A DNA stretch of 64,000 nt from positions 96,001 to 160,000 of the forward strand of contig JAXGPF010000006.1 of assembly GCA_040767085.1 (NCBI GenBank), read 5' to 3'. The position numbers and the translations under genes were made by a program. The notes beneath the pieces were generated by a model. It was not told the origin of the DNA, did not search any database, and worked only from the letters and a program-made list of their open reading frames with translations. The DNA comes from Kiritimatiellia bacterium (GTDB taxonomy: Bacteria > Verrucomicrobiota > Kiritimatiellia > JAAZAB01). Positions 59,323 to 64,000 of the stretch are shown one piece after another (the stretch's first letter is position 1; the number at the start of each line of letters is the position of its first letter).

Positions 59323-62133
59323 TCAATTTAATTTTAGGAGGCCGTACGCCGCCCGGCGGCTGCCGGGCGGCAGGCTGACCCAGGCCGATAACTCGCGCGC
59401 CGGCGCCAGACCGGCATCGCGCCCGACGTTGATCCGCAACGGCCTGTCCGGCGCGCCATTTAATCCCAGCGACTGGAATGGAATCCGCACCGCGGCGCGC
59501 CAGGCACGGCCCATGCATTCCGCCTCGACACGCCACTGGAAAAAGCGCGCCTGCCGCCGGTAGGCATAAGGTTCGGCAAATCCCAGCGGGGGGTTGACAT
59601 TCATCCCGCGCGAAACCAGAAAATCGCGGGCGCCGCGGGGATTGACCATGAAGCGGCGCATCGGTTCAAATTGGCTGGTTTCGATATTGATCCAAATCCG
59701 GTCGTCGCTGCTGAAGCCCTCCTTGTCCCGACCGCGCATCGCCAATTGGTCCATCCGCGGCTCGCGGCAGATGAAATTGAAATACAGCGCCCGGCCGTCA
59801 TAGGCCGCCTGCCATTGCGTCGTACGGCCGGTCCGTATGGCGCGCGGGCCGGCAAAAACGCCGGCGGACGGCACGGCCGCCCAGTCAACTTTGGCGGGAT
59901 TGCCGGCCGGCGGTGAATTAATCCGTCCGGCCCGGCTAACTTTGTTCCCGGCGCATTCCGGCCAGGGGCTTTTACCGGCGCGCAAGCGCGCCGCCACCGC
60001 CGGAAATTCAATGCGCAGCAGGCGCCGCAAGGAAGCCATGCGTTTGCGGATCAGCGCGGGATTATACTTGTAGATGCCCGCTTCGGGGGTATAGCCCAGC
60101 CGCGGCCAGGCTAACGCCAGCGGCAACAGCCGGCGGTTAGCCGACAATTCCTCCCCGACAATCGCGCGCATGGCCGCCAGGATGGCCGCGGCGCTTTTAC
60201 CTCGTCCATCCGCCAGTTGCTCGCGCAATCTGTAAAATTCCAGGATATTGACGCCGCTGATAAAATGCAGCTCCAGGGCCTGGGCCAGGGCGATTTCCGC
60301 CAGCCGCGCGCGCTGATTCCGGCAGCGCGGCATCAGCGGCGCCAGCAGTCTGACCCCCCGCCCCCAGTCATCGCGCATACGCGTGCAGAGCCGGATGATT
60401 TCATCCAGGGTATGATAGCCGGTACAGTCGCCGATGCGGTCGCCCACCGGCGGATCGGGCTGCCAACTGCGCGGCAGGTGGATATCGCGCGGGATCAGGT
60501 TCAATTCCCAGACCGCGCCGTTATGCATGGGCCCGTAGTAACTGAAGCCGATGGTCAGGGGATAATTACGATAGGCCCGGGCAAACCAGCCCCAGGCCCG
60601 CGCCACCGTCCCGGCATGTTCCTGCCAATCGCGCCGGGCATGCCGCAGCAGGAATTGTTTTTCCGACTCCGGGAATGGTTCAAAAGCCAGGTCGCCCGCC
60701 GCCCGCTGCATGACCGACGGATCATTGCTCGACCCCCAGTTGGCCAGGATGCCGGAAACACCCAGCTTGCGCATGGCGGCAATTTTGCGGTAAACCAGCC
60801 CCGGCGCCGGGATGCACGGCACGCTGGCCAGCTCGTGCGAGCCGGCCACCATGGCCTTCGCAAAAATTGGCGTGCCGGCGCGCCGGGCCGCCCGGGCGCA
60901 ATTGACGAACAAATCGGCCGGGCCGGCATAGGAAAGCCAGTAATCATCCGCCCGCCGCATTTTACCGAGCTGGCGCGCATGGCCGCCATTTTCGAAATTG
61001 TGCATCAGCGTTACACCCGGCGGCATCCGGCTGGCGGCATCCGCCGTCAGCCGCTCGCCCCAGCACACATTCTGCATGTAGGGCCAGGCGACCAACTCGG
61101 CCTGCGGGTCGGCCTGGCGGATACCGCGCGCCATCGCCGCCAGGGTGTCGGCCAGCACCGCGTGCGGGGCGCGGCGGGAACAGCGCGGGCAATTATTATT
61201 GAACGCGCTGCCGGAATAGCAATGCGATGGGCGTTCCCCGACACAGATATTGATAAAGCCCCCTAATCCCGGGATGTCGCGGAACAGGCGTTCCATGGCC
61301 TGCGTGAGCAGGTTGCGGCCGGCGGCCGACGAGGTGCAGAAATTCACATGATCAAACAGCGACTGCCCGCGCAATTCCGGGTATTTTTTCAGAAGCGGGT
61401 CGCCGGCATGCAGCGCTTCCGGAACGATTCCTAAAAAATACACCTTTATGCCGTAGCGGGCGTAGCGTTCCACCATTTGCCGCGCTGCGCGCAAAAAGCT
61501 TTCCGCGGCGCGCCCATCGGCCGGCGTCAGCCGGCCCGGATAGCCCAGCCAGGCCGGCGTGGTCCAGATGGCATTGGCGCCGTCGTGCGCCACCCGGTTC
61601 AAATAGGCGTCCGGCATGCCGTCCAGCAGCCCGTCCGCCATGCCGGCCGCCCGGGCATTGGCCCGCATCAAGGCGATGTGCCCCAGATGCATCCGGGTCT
61701 TCAAAAACGGTCGGCGCGTGATGGCGCCCCGCGGCAGCACCGGAGCGCCGCGCCGCAACATTTCATCCTCCAGAAAAATCAACCCCCGCCGGATACCCTC
61801 GGGTTCCTCCGCCGTAATCACGCACTCCCCGCCGGACACATCCAGGCAATATGATTCCCGGCCGGCCACCGGCGCGCGCCGCAGCCGGATGGCCACCGCC
61901 TTGTCCGCGGGCCGCGATTCCACATGCCGGGGAATGCCGGCGGATTGCAAAAAACAGCCAAAATCGGCATAGGCGGTTTCCAGGACGGCCTGCGGAAACG
62001 CATCCGACTGCAGGCGCACGCCGCCAACCAGGCTGATTTCATTGGGCGCCGGCCGCCGCCGGCGCCAGGCCGGCGTTGCGGCATGCAGCGGTTTCAACAA
62101 GTCGGGGATGAACGGCAGGCGACTGGATTTCAT
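59323..62133 (-). CDS. Large putative glycoside-hydrolase-like protein (GH20 domain-2-like N-terminus, barrel, CBM9-like C-terminus)
   Basis: ESY.LDV...C.ITA..PEG.RRG; C-terminal AAYD..ALYF.F.C.E, DD...I, VNP.G, W.A..RIPF..LG. Confidence 0.6.
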   Translation of the reverse strand: MKSSRLPFIPDLLKPLHAATPAWRRRRPAPNEISLVGGVRLQSDAFPQAVLETAYADFGCFLQSAGIPRHVESRPADKAVAIRLRRAPVAGRESYCLDVSGGECVITAEEPEGIRRGLIFLEDEMLRRGAPVLPRGAITRRPFLKTRMHLGHIALMRANARAAGMADGLLDGMPDAYLNRVAHDGANAIWTTPAWLGYPGRLTPADGRAAESFLRAARQMVERYARYGIKVYFLGIVPEALHAGDPLLKKYPELRGQSLFDHVNFCTSSAAGRNLLTQAMERLFRDIPGLGGFINICVGERPSHCYSGSAFNNNCPRCSRRAPHAVLADTLAAMARGIRQADPQAELVAWPYMQNVCWGERLTADAASRMPPGVTLMHNFENGGHARQLGKMRRADDYWLSYAGPADLFVNCARAARRAGTPIFAKAMVAGSHELASVPCIPAPGLVYRKIAAMRKLGVSGILANWGSSNDPSVMQRAAGDLAFEPFPESEKQFLLRHARRDWQEHAGTVARAWGWFARAYRNYPLTIGFSYYGPMHNGAVWELNLIPRDIHLPRSWQPDPPVGDRIGDCTGYHTLDEIIRLCTRMRDDWGRGVRLLAPLMPRCRNQRARLAEIALAQALELHFISGVNILEFYRLREQLADGRGKSAAAILAAMRAIVGEELSANRRLLPLALAWPRLGYTPEAGIYKYNPALIRKRMASLRRLLRIEFPAVAARLRAGKSPWPECAGNKVSRAGRINSPPAGNPAKVDWAAVPSAGVFAGPRAIRTGRTTQWQAAYDGRALYFNFICREPRMDQLAMRGRDKEGFSSDDRIWINIETSQFEPMRRFMVNPRGARDFLVSRGMNVNPPLGFAEPYAYRRQARFFQWRVEAECMGRAWRAAVRIPFQSLGLNGAPDRPLRINVGRDAGLAPARELSAWVSLPPGSRRAAYGLLKLN

Positions 62134-63242
62134 ACCGGCATTTTTCCTGATTCAACGACGGGTCGGATGGGATACTCGTAAAAGGCATTTCGGCATGGCG
62201 GCCGATCGGCCAGGTTAAAGACCGTCGGCATCCGCTGCGGCAGACAGAAGGTGGAAAACGCCGTGCCATCCCGGCAGACCGAGTGCGGATAGCCGTCATG
62301 CGAACGCAGGATGGCCTGGAACGCGGCCAGCGTCCGCGGCAGTTGATCGCGGGCGCGCGCGACGGCCGCGAACCGGACGGCTGAATGCTCGGCGATATCC
62401 GGCTGACAACCCGTCTGCGACAGCCGCTCCAGCAATTCCGGCATATGGATATGGTTGGTGGAAAAGACCATCCCGCCATGCGCATCGGCATCCTGCACCA
62501 CCGGCTCAAATCCGCCCAGGCATTGGCAGGCAACCAGGTTCCCGGCGGCATCCCCCAGGACGTAACTCGATTCCGGCCGGATTTTGCGGAGCAAGGCCAG
62601 CGCCGACGGCACATCCCGGCAATGCTCCAGCAGCAACCGCGTGCCCAGCGAGCCGCGCAGGTAAACCGCCGTATCCGGGCGCGGCGGCTCCGGCGCATAT
62701 CCGCCCAAACTGGATTGCGCCACCGACAGGCCGGCCGCATTCATCCCGTTATGCCCCCAGGCCGCCCCGATCCAGGTGATCATGACATGCGCCAGGCCGT
62801 TTTGCGGCAGGCGCCGCACGGGAGCGTAACAGAGACGCGGATCATCCAGGTTCCCGCCGACAATGATCCCGGCATCCGCCGTCTGCATGCCGATGGAAGT
62901 GCAGGCGGATGGCGGATGCTTCCCCCGGGGAACGCTATTCCAGACGCGCAGGTTCAGCCGCTCAATTCGCCCGTATTCCACGCCGCTGCCCTCGGCGATG
63001 CCGCGCAATTCGTCCTCCAGCCAGGGCGCGAACCGCATGTTGCTGGCGCGCACTGCGCGCAAGCCCGCGTCCAATTCGGCGTCGCTCTCTTCAAAATCAT
63101 GCCGCAGCGTATTGGCGACCGTGGCATGCACGGCATGCCGGAACGTCCGGCCGTGCTGCACGCCCATTTCAAAATGCGTTCCGGAAAATGTTTCCACCGG
63201 CAACGGCATAACCGCCCTCCCTCTCAAAACGGTCACGTCCAT
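62130..63242 (-). CDS. C45-family Ntn-hydrolase/acyltransferase
   Basis: G..FEMG.QHG, ELRGIAEG, ACTS nucleophile, GMNAAGL, TNH, S..R; ATGA overlap with next gene. Confidence 0.82.
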   Translation of the reverse strand: MDVTVLRGRAVMPLPVETFSGTHFEMGVQHGRTFRHAVHATVANTLRHDFEESDAELDAGLRAVRASNMRFAPWLEDELRGIAEGSGVEYGRIERLNLRVWNSVPRGKHPPSACTSIGMQTADAGIIVGGNLDDPRLCYAPVRRLPQNGLAHVMITWIGAAWGHNGMNAAGLSVAQSSLGGYAPEPPRPDTAVYLRGSLGTRLLLEHCRDVPSALALLRKIRPESSYVLGDAAGNLVACQCLGGFEPVVQDADAHGGMVFSTNHIHMPELLERLSQTGCQPDIAEHSAVRFAAVARARDQLPRTLAAFQAILRSHDGYPHSVCRDGTAFSTFCLPQRMPTVFNLADRPPCRNAFYEYPIRPVVESGKMPV

Positions 63243-63310
63243 AATTCATGCAGCATTTTAACGGCCGCATCCGAGCGTCCCTGACCAATCCGCCCGTCCG
63301 CCAAGCTGGG

Positions 63311-64000
63311 TTACCTGATGTTGAACAGCGCGCCCATGCCGACGTGTTCATAACATCCAATATCCACCAGGCCGGAAAAGCGGTCCAGCCGCGCGCGGCC
63401 TTCGATGTCCAGCGCATCTGCCATCCAGGGCTGGTTCGTGCCGGCATTGATGCAAAGCGATCCAGCCGTTAATTGATACTCAGACCCAAGGTCCGGGTCA
63501 TACGCGAAAGAATTCGTGACGGTGAAATAAGAACTTACCGGCAGCGGAGCCACGCAGGTGTTGGAGATAATGATGTTCCGGGATTGCCCATGCCAGTTCA
63601 TATTACTGTAACTGCCGCTGGCGCTGTAGTTGCCGTAAATGATGCAATTGACTACATTCAATACATGGTTTGAGGTTTGACTAACATAAATCCCGCCTGC
63701 ACTGGAGGAAGATGCGCCGGGATCCGTCACATTATCCGCAAAGGTGCAGTTTTCCACCGTCGTTGTGCCGTAATTGATGTAAAGCGCGGCGCTGCTATTT
63801 GACGCGGTGTTTCCCGCCACCAGGCAATTGCGCAGCACTGCGCCGGATTGATCCCAGATCATCACACCCCCGCCTTGGGAAGCGGCCGTATTACTGACAA
63901 TCCGGCAGTTTTCCACCAACCCCGGCTGGTAATAAAAGACGCCGGCGCCCGCATAGGAGGTTTCTCCTCTTTCTCCGGCAGTATTGCCGGCAATCAGACA
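63311..64000 (-). CDS. C-terminal part of a right-handed beta-helix protein with choice-of-anchor Q tail (5' end outside window)
   Basis: NC.I..N.A..GGG repeats; L..GS.CINAG.N..WM....D..G..R......VDIGCYE; frame open to 64000. Confidence 0.85.
   Translation of the reverse strand, partial: CLIAGNTAGERGETSYAGAGVFYYQPGLVENCRIVSNTAASQGGGVMIWDQSGAVLRNCLVAGNTASNSSAALYINYGTTTVENCTFADNVTDPGASSSSAGGIYVSQTSNHVLNVVNCIIYGNYSASGSYSNMNWHGQSRNIIISNTCVAPLPVSSYFTVTNSFAYDPDLGSEYQLTAGSLCINAGTNQPWMADALDIEGRARLDRFSGLVDIGCYEHVGMGALFNIR

Overview
High-GC bacterial chromosomal DNA. Gene style suggests the PVC superphylum (Kiritimatiellota/Lentisphaerota-like); this is an inference only. Housekeeping and metabolic genes: end of a malonate decarboxylase operon (mdcA-C-D-E), M42 peptidase, degenerate HAD-thiC-mazG, pcm, uppP, rnk, yggT-yggU-uvrC-pyk, msrAB, a DEAD-box helicase, mnmE-queA, gap-pgk-tpiA-secG, T2SS-like gspK/L/M and several transporters. 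An AT-rich Wzx/Wzy polysaccharide island (~26.7-37.6 kb) carries an intact ISL3 and IS remnants. The ISL3 has an 8-bp target duplication and a tandem-duplicated 276-bp end, and it inserted exactly before a stop codon. Notable proteins are a secreted caspase-family/FN3/FG-GAP protein and several uncharacterised ones. The most striking unexplained signal is non-coding: several intergenic regions are filled with palindromic elements. These include two ~250-320 bp elements with CCTRAAT...ATTYAGG termini folding into the same three-way junction next to start codons, GTAG-type REP doublets with a fixed 21-bp spacer, and a MITE-like element with 24-bp terminal inverted repeats. No rRNA, tRNA or CRISPR array was recognised. 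All assignments come from motif recognition by eye; no searches were run.
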